The translations under genes were made by a program, and so were the position numbers. Below are positions 8,540-18,293 of a stretch of 64,000 nucleotides of DNA, piece after piece. The stretch covers positions 1 to 64,000 of the forward strand of contig CBDBIJ010000058.1 of NCBI GenBank assembly GCA_965205655.1, given 5' to 3'. The notes under the pieces are model-generated. The model ran no database searches. It was given only the letters and a program-made list of their open reading frames with translations, and was not told the DNA's origin. The stretch comes from Candidatus Latescibacterota bacterium. GTDB lineage: Bacteria > Latescibacterota > UBA2968 > UBA8231. Position 1 is the stretch's first letter; each line of letters opens with the position of its first letter.

Positions 8540-9874
8540 GTGATCGAGATTCTCTCATACGATGGCGCCCAGTTGCAGAGCCTGCCGGCCAAGCTCGCCG
8601 CTATCCTGGAGCGCCAGTCGGGGGCGTCGGCCGAAGTCGAAGCTTCAGTCCGGCAGATTCTCCAGCAGGTGCGGCATCGCGGCGACGAAGCCGTGGTGGA
8701 GTACACTGCCGAGTTCGACGCCGTGAGCCTGACGGCGGGCAGCTTGAGGGTGCCCCAGAAGGCACTCGCCGACGCCAGAGAGTCGATGGACCCCACCCTC
8801 GTCGAGGCTCTCGAGGAAGCGGCGGCGAACATCCGCTCGTTTCACGAGCGCCAGCGCCGGGAGACGTGGTACACCGAGGATGGCGACGGCGTCGTCCTCG
8901 GCAAGAAGGTCATCCCGTTGCGCCGCGTCGGGATCTGCGTTCCCGGCGGGCAGGCGCCCCTCATCTCGACAATGTTGATGACTGCGGTCCCCGCTCAGGT
9001 GGCGGGCGTCAAACAGATCTGTGTAGTGACGCCGCCTCAGCGGAAAGGCCTGCCGCATCCCGATGTCCTCGGCACGGCGCAGCTGCTGGGCCTCGAAGAG
9101 GTCTACGGCATCGGCGGCGCCCAGGCGGTGGGCGCCCTCGCCTACGGAACGCGGACCATTTCAGCGGTCGACAAAATCGTCGGCCCCGGCAGCTCCTACA
9201 CCGTGGAGGCAAAGCGCCAGGTCTACGGAATCGTGGGTATCGAAATGATCCCCGGACCTTCAGAGATCGTCGTGCTCACAGACGAAAACGCCAATCCCAG
9301 GTACATCGCCGCGGACCTGTTGTCACAGGCAGAGCACGGCACCGGGTTCGAAGCCACGGTCTGCATCACGACCTCTGATCGGGTGGCCACGGCCGTGCAG
9401 CGCGAGGTGGAAGATCAACTGCAGAGTCTGCCGAGATCAGCTGAGATTCGCGGTGCCCTCGACCGCTACGGCGCCGTCTTCACCGTCGCCGACCTCGACG
9501 CCGGAGTCGAGCTCGTCAATCGCATTGCTCCCGAGCACGTGGAGCTGCACGTGGAGAATCCGTGGGACACGCTGGATGGGATCTACAATGCCGGCGCCGT
9601 CTTTCTCGGTGAGGCCTCGACCGAGCCGGTGGGGGACTACTTCGCCGGCACGAATCATGTTCTGCCGACGAACGGCGCCGCCCGCTACGCCTCATCCCTG
9701 GGCCTCGACGACTTCGTGAAGACGACGAGTGTGCTCAAATACTCGTCGCAGCGCCTGCGGCAGGTGGGGCAGAAGATCGTCCGCCTCGCCAGGGCCGAGG
9801 GGTTCGAAGCGCACGCACAGGCCGTGCAAGTGCGGCTCGACGACGACCCGGCGACTGATGAGACTGGGAGATGA
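8540..9874 (+). CDS. hisD: Histidinol dehydrogenase
   Basis: VPGG, GGAQAV, KIVGPG, GPSEI, DLLSQAEH, APEH and GDYFAGTNHVLPT motifs. Confidence 0.96.
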   Translation: MIEILSYDGAQLQSLPAKLAAILERQSGASAEVEASVRQILQQVRHRGDEAVVEYTAEFDAVSLTAGSLRVPQKALADARESMDPTLVEALEEAAANIRSFHERQRRETWYTEDGDGVVLGKKVIPLRRVGICVPGGQAPLISTMLMTAVPAQVAGVKQICVVTPPQRKGLPHPDVLGTAQLLGLEEVYGIGGAQAVGALAYGTRTISAVDKIVGPGSSYTVEAKRQVYGIVGIEMIPGPSEIVVLTDENANPRYIAADLLSQAEHGTGFEATVCITTSDRVATAVQREVEDQLQSLPRSAEIRGALDRYGAVFTVADLDAGVELVNRIAPEHVELHVENPWDTLDGIYNAGAVFLGEASTEPVGDYFAGTNHVLPTNGAARYASSLGLDDFVKTTSVLKYSSQRLRQVGQKIVRLARAEGFEAHAQAVQVRLDDDPATDETGR

Positions 9875-9881
9875 TGACGTC

Positions 9882-10496
9882 ATGAGTGCGACAAGTGACG
9901 CGCCGTCCGGCGGCCGGCGCGCGAGCGTGCAGCGGGCCACATCGGAGACCAGGATCGAGCTCGAGCTCTACCTCGACGGCAACGGCAAGGCCCAGATCGA
10001 TACGGGAATCGGCTTTTTCGATCACATGCTCACCGCCTTCTCCCGGCACGGGATTTTCGATCTGACCCTTTCCTGCAAGGGGGATCTGGAGGTCGACCAG
10101 CACCACACCGTAGAAGATGTAGGAATCTGTCTCGGTCAGGCGTTGAACGAGGCCCTCGGCGACAAGAGCGGTATCCGCCGGTTCGGACACGCGTACGTGC
10201 CGATGGACGACGCCCTGGCTCGAGTTGCCGTCGACCTGTCCGGCAGGCCGTACCTCGTCCTGACTCCAGCATTTCAGGATGGAACGATCGGCGATTTCCC
10301 GGTCGCACTCGTCCAGGAGTTTTTCAGGTCAGTCGCCGATCACGGTCGTCTCAACCTTCACGTCGACCTGTTGCGCGGCGCGAACGACCATCACGGTGTT
10401 GAGGCCATCTTCAAAGCGTTCGGCAGAGCCCTGGACGAAGCGACCCTGCACACCGAGCGCATCAAGGGCGTTCCGTCGACGAAGGGACAGCTCTAG
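9882..10496 (+). CDS. hisB: Imidazoleglycerol-phosphate dehydratase
   Basis: TGIGFFDHML, DQHHTVED, PMDDAL, NDHHGVEAIFK and VPSTKG. Likely start is ATG 9882. Confidence 0.95.
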   Translation: MSATSDAPSGGRRASVQRATSETRIELELYLDGNGKAQIDTGIGFFDHMLTAFSRHGIFDLTLSCKGDLEVDQHHTVEDVGICLGQALNEALGDKSGIRRFGHAYVPMDDALARVAVDLSGRPYLVLTPAFQDGTIGDFPVALVQEFFRSVADHGRLNLHVDLLRGANDHHGVEAIFKAFGRALDEATLHTERIKGVPSTKGQL

Positions 10497-10546
10497 GAGT
10501 CCGTCGTTCCGCACCGCCTATCACGACGCCGCTGGATCTCATCTAT

Positions 10547-11692
10547 ATGAAGATCTGTCACGTGACCTATGACGATCTCGACAACCCCTGGCTCGGAGGG
10601 GGCGGGGCTGTTCGGGGGCGTGAGATCTATCGCCGACTCGCCGAGCGACACGAAATCACTCTCGTAACGGGGACCTTTCCGGGCGCTGACAGGGAGACCT
10701 GGATCGACGGCCTGCGCCTGCTTCGGGTCGGTATCGCCACGAGCTACAGCCTCAGCAGGGCGAGTTTCTGCGGCAGCGCCATCAGGCGGTTGAAGCAGCT
10801 GCCGTGGGACGTGTGGGTACACGAGTTTTCTGCATTCGCGCCACTGTTTGTACCTCGCCGGCTGCGGCAGCGAGGGGTGTTGCTGTTCCAGCACTTCATG
10901 GGTTTCGAAGCAGTGCGAAAGCACGCTCTGGCAGGTCTCGTATCGGTGGCGGCCGAACGCCGGGTCCTGAAGGCCTACCACCGGATCATTACCGTCTCAC
11001 CGAGCGTTCAGCGGAAAGTACAGAGCAGACTCACCGACAGGAACACGAAGGTCCACTGCGTCCACAACGGGGTCGACGCCAGTTTGTTCGCTGCCGAGCC
11101 GTCCGAGCGGGGATCCTACATCCTCTTCTTCGGCAGACTCGACCTTCATACCAAAGGGCTCGATATCCTCATCGAGGCGTTCTCGCGAGTCGCCCCCGAC
11201 ACACCGGGAATCTCCCTCGTCATTGCGGGCCGCGGCACTGACGGGCAGCTGAATGAGCTCGAGCGTAGAGCCGACAGAGCCGGAGTGAGCGCGCGCATTA
11301 TTCTACGCGCATCGGTGGACGAGAAGGAAAAGGCGGAACTGCTGTCAGGCGCCCTCTTCCTATGCATGCCATCCAGATACGAGGGATGGGGCATCACTGC
11401 GATCGAGGCGTCTGGGGCTGGCACGGCGGTGCTGGCAAGCCACATCGACGGGCTCAGGGACGCTGTCTGTGACGGCGAGACAGGCCTTCTCGTACCAACC
11501 GAAGACGCCGACGCCCTGGCGCAGGGCATGCGTCGACTCCTGGACGATCCCGCCTTGCGACGACGGCTCGGGGCCGCGGGCCGCGATCGCGCCAAACGCT
11601 TCGACTGGGACGACATCGCTCTCGAGCAGGAGGGTCTGCTCGAACAGGCGGCGGCGGAAATCGAAAGGGCCGGGTATCGATGTCGAGGTTGA
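10547..11692 (+). CDS. Glycosyltransferase family 4
   Basis: GT-B motifs FFGRL...KG and PSRYEGWGITAIEA...G. Confidence 0.9.
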   Translation: MKICHVTYDDLDNPWLGGGGAVRGREIYRRLAERHEITLVTGTFPGADRETWIDGLRLLRVGIATSYSLSRASFCGSAIRRLKQLPWDVWVHEFSAFAPLFVPRRLRQRGVLLFQHFMGFEAVRKHALAGLVSVAAERRVLKAYHRIITVSPSVQRKVQSRLTDRNTKVHCVHNGVDASLFAAEPSERGSYILFFGRLDLHTKGLDILIEAFSRVAPDTPGISLVIAGRGTDGQLNELERRADRAGVSARIILRASVDEKEKAELLSGALFLCMPSRYEGWGITAIEASGAGTAVLASHIDGLRDAVCDGETGLLVPTEDADALAQGMRRLLDDPALRRRLGAAGRDRAKRFDWDDIALEQEGLLEQAAAEIERAGYRCRG

Positions 11693-14241
11693 AAGGCGCG
11701 AAAGCGGCAGCGTCGAAATCGGAGGCGGCGCCAAAGTCCGGTGCCGCGATTGTGGACAAACGGGCGATTTCGGACAGAAAAATATTCGCTCCGATCTGCT
11801 TTCTGCTGTTGAGCCTCGCCTATTTCCACCACTTCGTCCTGTCGGACGACATTCTCCGCGGCCTCGACAGCGGCACCGATTTTCACCGCGGCAAAGAGCC
11901 GGTGATGGAAAAGATCCGCCAGCTGGATCAGTCCATGTGGAATCCGAAAATGGGCGGATATCCGGAGTCTGAAGACCTGCGCTGGCGCTACTTCCCCACC
12001 TACCTCATCTACCTTACCACGAGTTTTCACCGCTATATCGGCTGGCGCTACATCCTCACCGCCTTCCTCGCCGGCTGCGGCATGTTCCTCTACCTGCGCG
12101 GCCTGAACCTCGGCAGATGGGCGTCGCTGTGGGGGGGCGTCGCCTTCATGTCGGCGCCCACCTTCCTCAGCTTCACCTTTGCCGGCCACTACGCCAAGAT
12201 GGCCGTCATCGCGCTGTTCCCGTTCATGTGCTTGCTCCTCGAAAAAGGGATGGACCGCGGTCGGCCCATCTTCTTCGCGGGCCTGGCGGCCCTCATCGGC
12301 CTGGCCGTCTACTCGCCCCACCTCCAGATGCTCTACTACGCGCTGTGGGGAATCGGCTTCTACTTCTTCTTCAAGCTCATCACCCTCTACGCAGCAGGCG
12401 CGGACCGCCGACGATTGCTGAGCCGAACCGCACTCTTCGCCGGCGCTGTGGCACTGGGGCTCGGCCTCGGGTCGGAGGGGTTGTGGCCCTCCTACTTCTA
12501 CTCCAAAGGAGAGTCGAAGCGGGCCGGGGGGCAGCAGGGAAGGACGGCGGCCGAGCAACTCGAGTTTGCCCGCAGCTGGTCGCTGCACCCCGAGGAAGTG
12601 GGTTCACTTCTGGTGCCGCAATGGGGCGGGTTCACCGATCCGCAAAGTGGTCGCGACTACTACTGGGGCCGCAACGACGCCAAGCTGAACTCGGAATACT
12701 TTGGCATCTCCGTCCTTCTGCTGGCCCTTGTTTACGCGAGCCAGATGCGGCGTCGGTGGAGTAGCCCAGACGAGCGCTTCACCGAGCTGCGCCACCACTT
12801 CATCTTCATGCTTTTCCTCTTCGTGTTCGCCCTGGCCTACGCCCTCGGACCGCACACACCCGTCCACTGGATCATGTACCACCTCATACCGGGGGGAAAG
12901 GTCCTGAGAACCCCCGGCATGATCGCCTTTCTCTTCGCCTTTCCCGCCTGCGTGATGGCCGCCGCCTGCCTCGATCGATTCCTGACGAACGAGCAAGCCG
13001 ACCAGCGCCTGGGGAAGAAGACACTGCAGGTAGGCGCCGTCCTGAGCGGAATCGCTCTGCTCGTATGCCTCGCCCCCGCGGCGATCAGCGAGGGGTGGTC
13101 GGCGCTGCTCTACGCGGAGGTGTCGCCCCACAAGAGCCAGATTCTGCAAACTGGTAGCGAATGGCTCGCCCGCGGTGCGCTCTACACCGCACTCGCGACA
13201 GTCGCCTGTACGGCGCTTCTCTGGCTGAAGGCCCGCAGACAACTGACCGTCGCCCCGGTGGCGTTGGGGCTGTGTGCGCTCACAGCGGCGGACACCTGGA
13301 GGATCAATCAACTCTTCTTCAAGTACGAGAATCCAAAGCGATACCCGGATATGCGCATGGAGAATCGCCGCACCGTCGCCTTCCTCGAGAGCGAGGGGGA
13401 GCTGCTCCGCGTCCTGCCACTGGCGCGCTACGACCTCCTGACTCACCCCGGGTATCGGCTCCACGGAATCCCCTCGGTGACGGGGTTTCACGATTTCACC
13501 ATCAGACGCTACGACCGACTGCACGGGGAGATCGCCCACGTGATTTCGCTGCTCGGACAGAAACACCGCGACCCCCAGAGCCGGATTCCACATTCCGACG
13601 ACGCGCTCCTCGGCGCCATTCACCCGCTCATCAACCTGCTCAACGCGCGCTACCTCGTGGCACCGCGCGGCCTGCAGCTCGCGGTGAAAGCCTTCCCGGC
13701 GGCGTTTGCCGCCGACGGTCTCGAGTTGTACGAAAACCCGGATGCCATGCCCTGGTTTTACGCCCCCCCGGCCGCGCGCGTCATGACTCAAGAAGAACAG
13801 ATCGTAGGCGTTTTGAGATCGGGAGCGCTGGACCTGAGGCGCGAAGTCATCATCGAGAAACCACCGCCGGAAGGGCTTGCGGCCGACGCCGCGCAGGATC
13901 ACCCGCCCGCCCGCATCGAGAAGCTCGTCTACGACCCGGCGGGCGGACTGATCCAGCTGCGGGTGGAGTGCAGTAGCCCCCGCATGCTCGTGCTCTCGGA
14001 GAACCACCACTCCAACTGGAGCGCACTCGTGGACGGAATCGAGTCGGCGATCTACCGGGCGAACTATGTCTGGCAGGCCGTCTTCGTTCCGGCAGGCGTC
14101 CACCAGGTGGAGTTCCACTACCGCTCCACAACCGCATCGATATCACGCTGGATCAGCGCGCTGAGCCTTCTGGCGATCGCGGCTTTCGGCCTCGTCGAGC
14201 TCGTGAACTCCCGGCGCCGGGCCGACTCCGCTGGCCAGTGA
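11680..14241 (+). CDS. YfhO-like multi-pass membrane protein (probable GT-C glycosyltransferase)
   Basis: WNPKMGGYP N-terminal motif, many TM helices, and C-terminal LVLSENHHSNWSALVDG...YRANY...VPAGVHQVEFHY. Confidence 0.8.
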   Translation: MSRLKGAKAAASKSEAAPKSGAAIVDKRAISDRKIFAPICFLLLSLAYFHHFVLSDDILRGLDSGTDFHRGKEPVMEKIRQLDQSMWNPKMGGYPESEDLRWRYFPTYLIYLTTSFHRYIGWRYILTAFLAGCGMFLYLRGLNLGRWASLWGGVAFMSAPTFLSFTFAGHYAKMAVIALFPFMCLLLEKGMDRGRPIFFAGLAALIGLAVYSPHLQMLYYALWGIGFYFFFKLITLYAAGADRRRLLSRTALFAGAVALGLGLGSEGLWPSYFYSKGESKRAGGQQGRTAAEQLEFARSWSLHPEEVGSLLVPQWGGFTDPQSGRDYYWGRNDAKLNSEYFGISVLLLALVYASQMRRRWSSPDERFTELRHHFIFMLFLFVFALAYALGPHTPVHWIMYHLIPGGKVLRTPGMIAFLFAFPACVMAAACLDRFLTNEQADQRLGKKTLQVGAVLSGIALLVCLAPAAISEGWSALLYAEVSPHKSQILQTGSEWLARGALYTALATVACTALLWLKARRQLTVAPVALGLCALTAADTWRINQLFFKYENPKRYPDMRMENRRTVAFLESEGELLRVLPLARYDLLTHPGYRLHGIPSVTGFHDFTIRRYDRLHGEIAHVISLLGQKHRDPQSRIPHSDDALLGAIHPLINLLNARYLVAPRGLQLAVKAFPAAFAADGLELYENPDAMPWFYAPPAARVMTQEEQIVGVLRSGALDLRREVIIEKPPPEGLAADAAQDHPPARIEKLVYDPAGGLIQLRVECSSPRMLVLSENHHSNWSALVDGIESAIYRANYVWQAVFVPAGVHQVEFHYRSTTASISRWISALSLLAIAAFGLVELVNSRRRADSAGQ

Positions 14242-15803
14242 ACACCCCGAAGCAAATCCTCAAGGGGTTCTTCTATACCGTCGGCAGTGGCTACGGCGCC
14301 AGGCTGGCCAGCGTCGGTCTCACGCTCCTGCTGAAGCGCGTGCTCGGACCGGACGTGTTCGACGACATCGTCTACGCGATGGCCATCTTCCTCATGTTGT
14401 CGACCTTGGGCCAGTTCGGTCAGGTCCATGCCCTGCTCCATTATGGTAGTACTGCGGGTAGCAATGCGCGCAGCCACACCCGCGAATTCATAGAGACTCA
14501 CTTTACCCTCAACCTCATCATCTGTCTCATCGTCTTCGGCCTGTCGTGCGCCGTCGCCGGCACACTGTTTCATATCTCACCGGAATCATACCGCTGGCCC
14601 AGTCTCGTCATATGCGTCTTCGCGGCCCTGCGCTTGCTGCGCAACCTGTGCATGACTTCAGAAGCGCTGCTGCGGCAGGGTCTGGAGTTCGGGCGACTCG
14701 CTCTCTTTCACGGGGTCGGCACCATCGCGGCGCTGAGCGCCGCCCTGGGAGCGGCTGCGCTCGGCTGGGGTGAGTGGAGCTTGCTCGTCGGTGGATGGAC
14801 GACCTACTCGACCTTCAGTCTGGTCTACGTCGCCATCTTCGTGGCTGGCGTGTGGTACAGCCAGCCCGTCAAACTGACGAGACTGAGACTCGATCCCGAG
14901 TGGACCCGACGTCTTCTGCGCTACGGGGGTTGGCTGTGGGGAGGCTGGGTGCTTCAGGCGTTCGTGTGGTACTACGGCTGGCTTGTGATCGAACGACTAG
15001 GGGTGCGGGAGCTGACTCTCTACGAGCACGCCATGTGGTTCATGCAGATTCCCACCGCCATCATCAGCCACATCATCTTCAACTACACGAACACACTCTA
15101 CTCGCGATATCAAAACGATCGCGACAAATTGGCCGACTTATTCGGGCGCATGCTGAGCCTGATCGTGAGAGTCTCAGCTCCCCTCGCCCTCATCTTCGTC
15201 CTCAACGCGGCGGAGGTCGTATCGCTGACCGGCGAACAGTGGGCCGGATCGGCGCAGATCGTCGTCTGGCTCGCCGCCTACGCCTTCGCGCGGCCCCTGT
15301 TAGACGAGGGCTACAGCCTGCTGTGGGCTATGGGCGCAACGCGGCGGACGGCGGCGATTATGGGCTCGCTGGCGTTGGTGGCTGTGCCACTGGTGCCCGC
15401 GGCGGCCATCCACATGGGGGTCCGCGGAGTCGCCTACAGTATGGGGCTGCTGGCCGTGATGGGAGCGACCGGCATGCTGGTCTCAGTGCGCCGCTACGTC
15501 GCCGTACCTTGGCGCCAGGTTTTCCTGGCTCCCGCAGTCGCCCTGGCGGCCATGACAGTGGCCGGGACTGCCTACGTCCGGTGGGATGACAGCACCACCC
15601 TCCTCGAGGAATTCGCGCTGCGCTGCGGCCTCATGCTGCTCGCCTACGGCGCCGTGCTGGCCCTTCTCGACCGCCGCATGATCGTGCAGGTGCTCGATGA
15701 AATCAGGCGCATCCTGGCGAAAAGCGGGACCTCAGAGCAGCGACCGGCTGCAGGCGAGCCGCTCGCCGGCGACGAATCATCCAACGAGTCATCTGTCACC
15801 TAA
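14238..15803 (+). CDS. Oligosaccharide flippase (Wzx/MOP family)
   Basis: About 12-14 hydrophobic segments with Wzx-type spacing. Start overlaps the stop of the upstream gene. Confidence 0.75.
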   Translation: MNTPKQILKGFFYTVGSGYGARLASVGLTLLLKRVLGPDVFDDIVYAMAIFLMLSTLGQFGQVHALLHYGSTAGSNARSHTREFIETHFTLNLIICLIVFGLSCAVAGTLFHISPESYRWPSLVICVFAALRLLRNLCMTSEALLRQGLEFGRLALFHGVGTIAALSAALGAAALGWGEWSLLVGGWTTYSTFSLVYVAIFVAGVWYSQPVKLTRLRLDPEWTRRLLRYGGWLWGGWVLQAFVWYYGWLVIERLGVRELTLYEHAMWFMQIPTAIISHIIFNYTNTLYSRYQNDRDKLADLFGRMLSLIVRVSAPLALIFVLNAAEVVSLTGEQWAGSAQIVVWLAAYAFARPLLDEGYSLLWAMGATRRTAAIMGSLALVAVPLVPAAAIHMGVRGVAYSMGLLAVMGATGMLVSVRRYVAVPWRQVFLAPAVALAAMTVAGTAYVRWDDSTTLLEEFALRCGLMLLAYGAVLALLDRRMIVQVLDEIRRILAKSGTSEQRPAAGEPLAGDESSNESSVT

Positions 15804-15818
15804 GTCATCTGTCACCTA
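15787..15818. repeat. Exact 16-bp tandem duplication
   Basis: AGTCATCTGTCACCTA x2 (15787-15802, 15803-15818). It spans the flippase stop and ends at the IS630 CTAG target. Confidence 0.95.
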
Positions 15819-17069
15819 GTGGTTCAACTAGGTAGCAGTGCGGGGTAGAGACGCTTGAGCTTGATTCGTGCATCCGCCGTCGTGAAACGCCAATTGATGA
15901 CGGGCGGGTTTTCGAGGCGCTCCGTGAGCCAGGCCTTCACGTGTTTTCCCAACTGCTGGATCGTCGCGATGCGACGATTGAGGCATTGCCGGAAGAGCAC
16001 GTTCAGTCCGATCTCGGCCATGTTGAGCCAGCTGCCGTGTGTCGGGGTGTAGTGGATGTCGAGTTTGTCAGCGATGCGCTTGGCTTCCTCCGGTTCGAAG
16101 ACCTCGTAGAGGGCCGCCTTCTTATGAGTGCTCAAGTTGTCCATCACCAGCGTGATCTCCTCCGCCTCAGGGTAGTGGACGTCGACGAGATCTCTGACGG
16201 TGTGAGCCCAGTCTCTCATCGTGCGCCGTTCGCTCACTCGGACGTGGGAGCGACCCGTGAAGGGCTCCAGCATCATGAAGACGTTGGCGACCCCGTTGCG
16301 GACGTATTCATGGTGATACCGTGCCGGACACCCAGGCGCCACCGGCAGGGGCCGCTGCGTTTCGCCGATCAACTGCTTGCACGTTTCGTCCAGACAAACC
16401 AACGGGTGCTTCGAGTCGTACGGCCGTTGATAGACATCCAACACGTCCTCCATCGCGCAGACGAACTCGGCACTGGGTTTGCCCGGCAGGCACCACATCT
16501 CCCGCCGCCAAGGTTTCAGCTCGTTTTTTTTAACGTCTTGCGGACCGTTTCCGGGCTGACACTGTCAACCAGCTCCAAGGCCACGAGGCGTCCTGCCAGC
16601 AGCTTCAGGGTCCAGTGCCTCCTCCCCTCGGGGGGCTCACTGCAGGCCAGAGCCACCAGATGGGCTTCGGCTCTGCCGTCGATCTTCTTTGCTTTCCGAT
16701 TCTTCTGCTCCTTGCGCAGCAGCGACGCCTCGACGCCCTCTTCCACAAACCGCTGGCGCAGACGCTCCACCGTGCTCGGATGCACGTCGAGCGCGTGTTC
16801 GATCTGCTCATCGGTCCAGTGCTCACCATGCGGACCCTGGTCCGTCTTCAGCAGGATCCTCGCGTGCCGTTGTTTGTAGGCCGCCGCCTTCCCCCTCGAG
16901 ATCAAACCGTGCAGGTGAGCTCGCTCCTCTGCTGTCAGCGTGACGATGTATTTCTTCGTGGGCAATGTCGATCTCCTCTCCTGACAAAGGGGCCTCAGGA
17001 GAAGGATACGAGCCCCGGCCTCAAAACGCTAGTTCCAATGTCCCGCAATCCTAACTGGATCAACCGCTA
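15817..17069 (-). mobile_element. IS630-family element 1
   Basis: CTAG at both ends (15816-15819, 17067-17070). Imperfect terminal inverted repeats TAGTGGTTCAACTAGGTAGCAGTGCGGG / TAGCGGTTGATCCAGTTAGGATTGCGGG match at 21/28 by hand alignment. Confidence 0.9.
15824..16965 (-). CDS. IS630 transposase in two ORFs (HTH + DDE) joined by a probable programmed -1 frameshift
   Basis: ORF1 16516-16965 ends KTLKKTS. An A8 run (plus-strand T 16524-16531) leads into the -1 frame, NELKPWRREMWC. DDE motifs CLDET, VMDNLSTH and HGSWLNMAE follow. Confidence 0.9.
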
Positions 17070-18156
17070 GTGTTCCGTCGCAGAAATACATTGACATAGT
17101 CGTTTGACCTTGGCAAGGATCGAGTCGGCCGTGGCCGTCCACCCAAAGGGATGGGCGTTGGCGTTCCATTTGTCGGTGTAGCGCTCGATCCTCTGAATGA
17201 GCTCTTTGACCTTGCGGAATGAGCCACGCCGGATGGCTCGCCGCGTGATGATGTTGAACCAGATCTCGACCTGGTTGAGCCACGAGGCGTAGGTCGGAGT
17301 AAAGTGGAGGTGGAATCGGGGCCGGCTGGCCAACCACTTCTTGACGCTGGCGTACTTGTGGGTGCCGTAGTTGTCGACGATCAAGTGAACGTCCAGATCC
17401 GCAGGCACGTTCGCGTCGATATGGCGTAGGAACTGCAAAAACTCCTGATGGCGATGACGAGGCTTGCACTGAGTCAGGACTTCACCGGTGGCCACATCCA
17501 GAGCGGCAAACAGCGTTGTGGTGCCGTGTCGCTTGTAGTCGTGGGTGACGCCCTCCGCGTAGCCCAGGCCCAGCCGGCAGCAACGGCTGACTGCGCTCCA
17601 GAGCCTGCACTTGGCTCTTCTCGTCAACGCACAGGACGACGGCATGGTCGGGCGGGTTGAGATACAAGCCCACAACATCGCGCACCTTATCCACGAAGAA
17701 AGGATCAGTGGACAGCTTGAAATTCTGGGTCCGGTGCGGCTGTAAGCCGAATGTGCGCCAGATGCGATGGACCGCGTCCTTGGTCAGGCCGGTCTCCTCG
17801 CCCATGGAGCGCACCGTCCACTGGGTTTTGTCCTCCGGCTTGGTCTTCAGTGTCTTGTATACCACCTCGGCCACTTGTTCGTCCGAGATCGATCGGGGCG
17901 CACCGGGTCGCAGCTCGTCGTACAACCCGTTGAGGCCGTTTTCCACGAAGCGACGACGCCACTTGCCGACGGTCACTTGTGACAGCCCCACAGCTTCGCC
18001 GATGGCCTTGTTGGGCCATCCCTCGGCGGCCAGCAACACGATCTCGGCGCGTCGCACCAAACCGTGCGGCAGGGATCGAGATTTGGCCATTGATTCCAAT
18101 TGCTGCCGAGTTTGCCCCGTCATTTCGAGAGGTGGAAGAAAGCGTCCGCGTGGCAT
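17067..18156 (-). CDS. IS630 transposase with one +1 frameshift near 17575 (sequencing error or pseudogene)
   Basis: [54 protein letters not shown] and ASWLNQVE. The stop codon comes from the CTAG target. Confidence 0.88.
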
Positions 18157-18249
18157 GAGTTTCCTCCGTTCCTTGTTTGTGGAATAGGTCTGGATGAAAC
18201 TTAACCACACAACTGTACTAGTACAAGTTATTTGTACGACAATACACTA
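17068..18249 (-). mobile_element. IS630-family element 2 (distinct from element 1)
   Basis: CTAG at 17067-17070 and 18247-18250. Terminal inverted repeats CTAGTGTTCCGTCGCAGAAATACATTGACATAGT / CTAGTGTATTGTCGTACAAATAACTTGTACTAGT match at 24/34. Confidence 0.9.
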
Positions 18250-18251
18250 GT

Positions 18252-18293
18252 TTGTAGCAGGACTGTTACAGCTTGTAGCAGGACTGTTACAGC
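18252..18293. repeat. Exact 21-bp tandem duplication
   Basis: TTGTAGCAGGACTGTTACAGC x2 (18252-18272, 18273-18293). It spans the stop of the minus-strand methyltransferase. Confidence 0.95.

Noticed and set aside
15816..18250. Composite transposon formed by the two IS630 elements
   Set aside because: The elements differ, have different ends, and carry no cargo between them.
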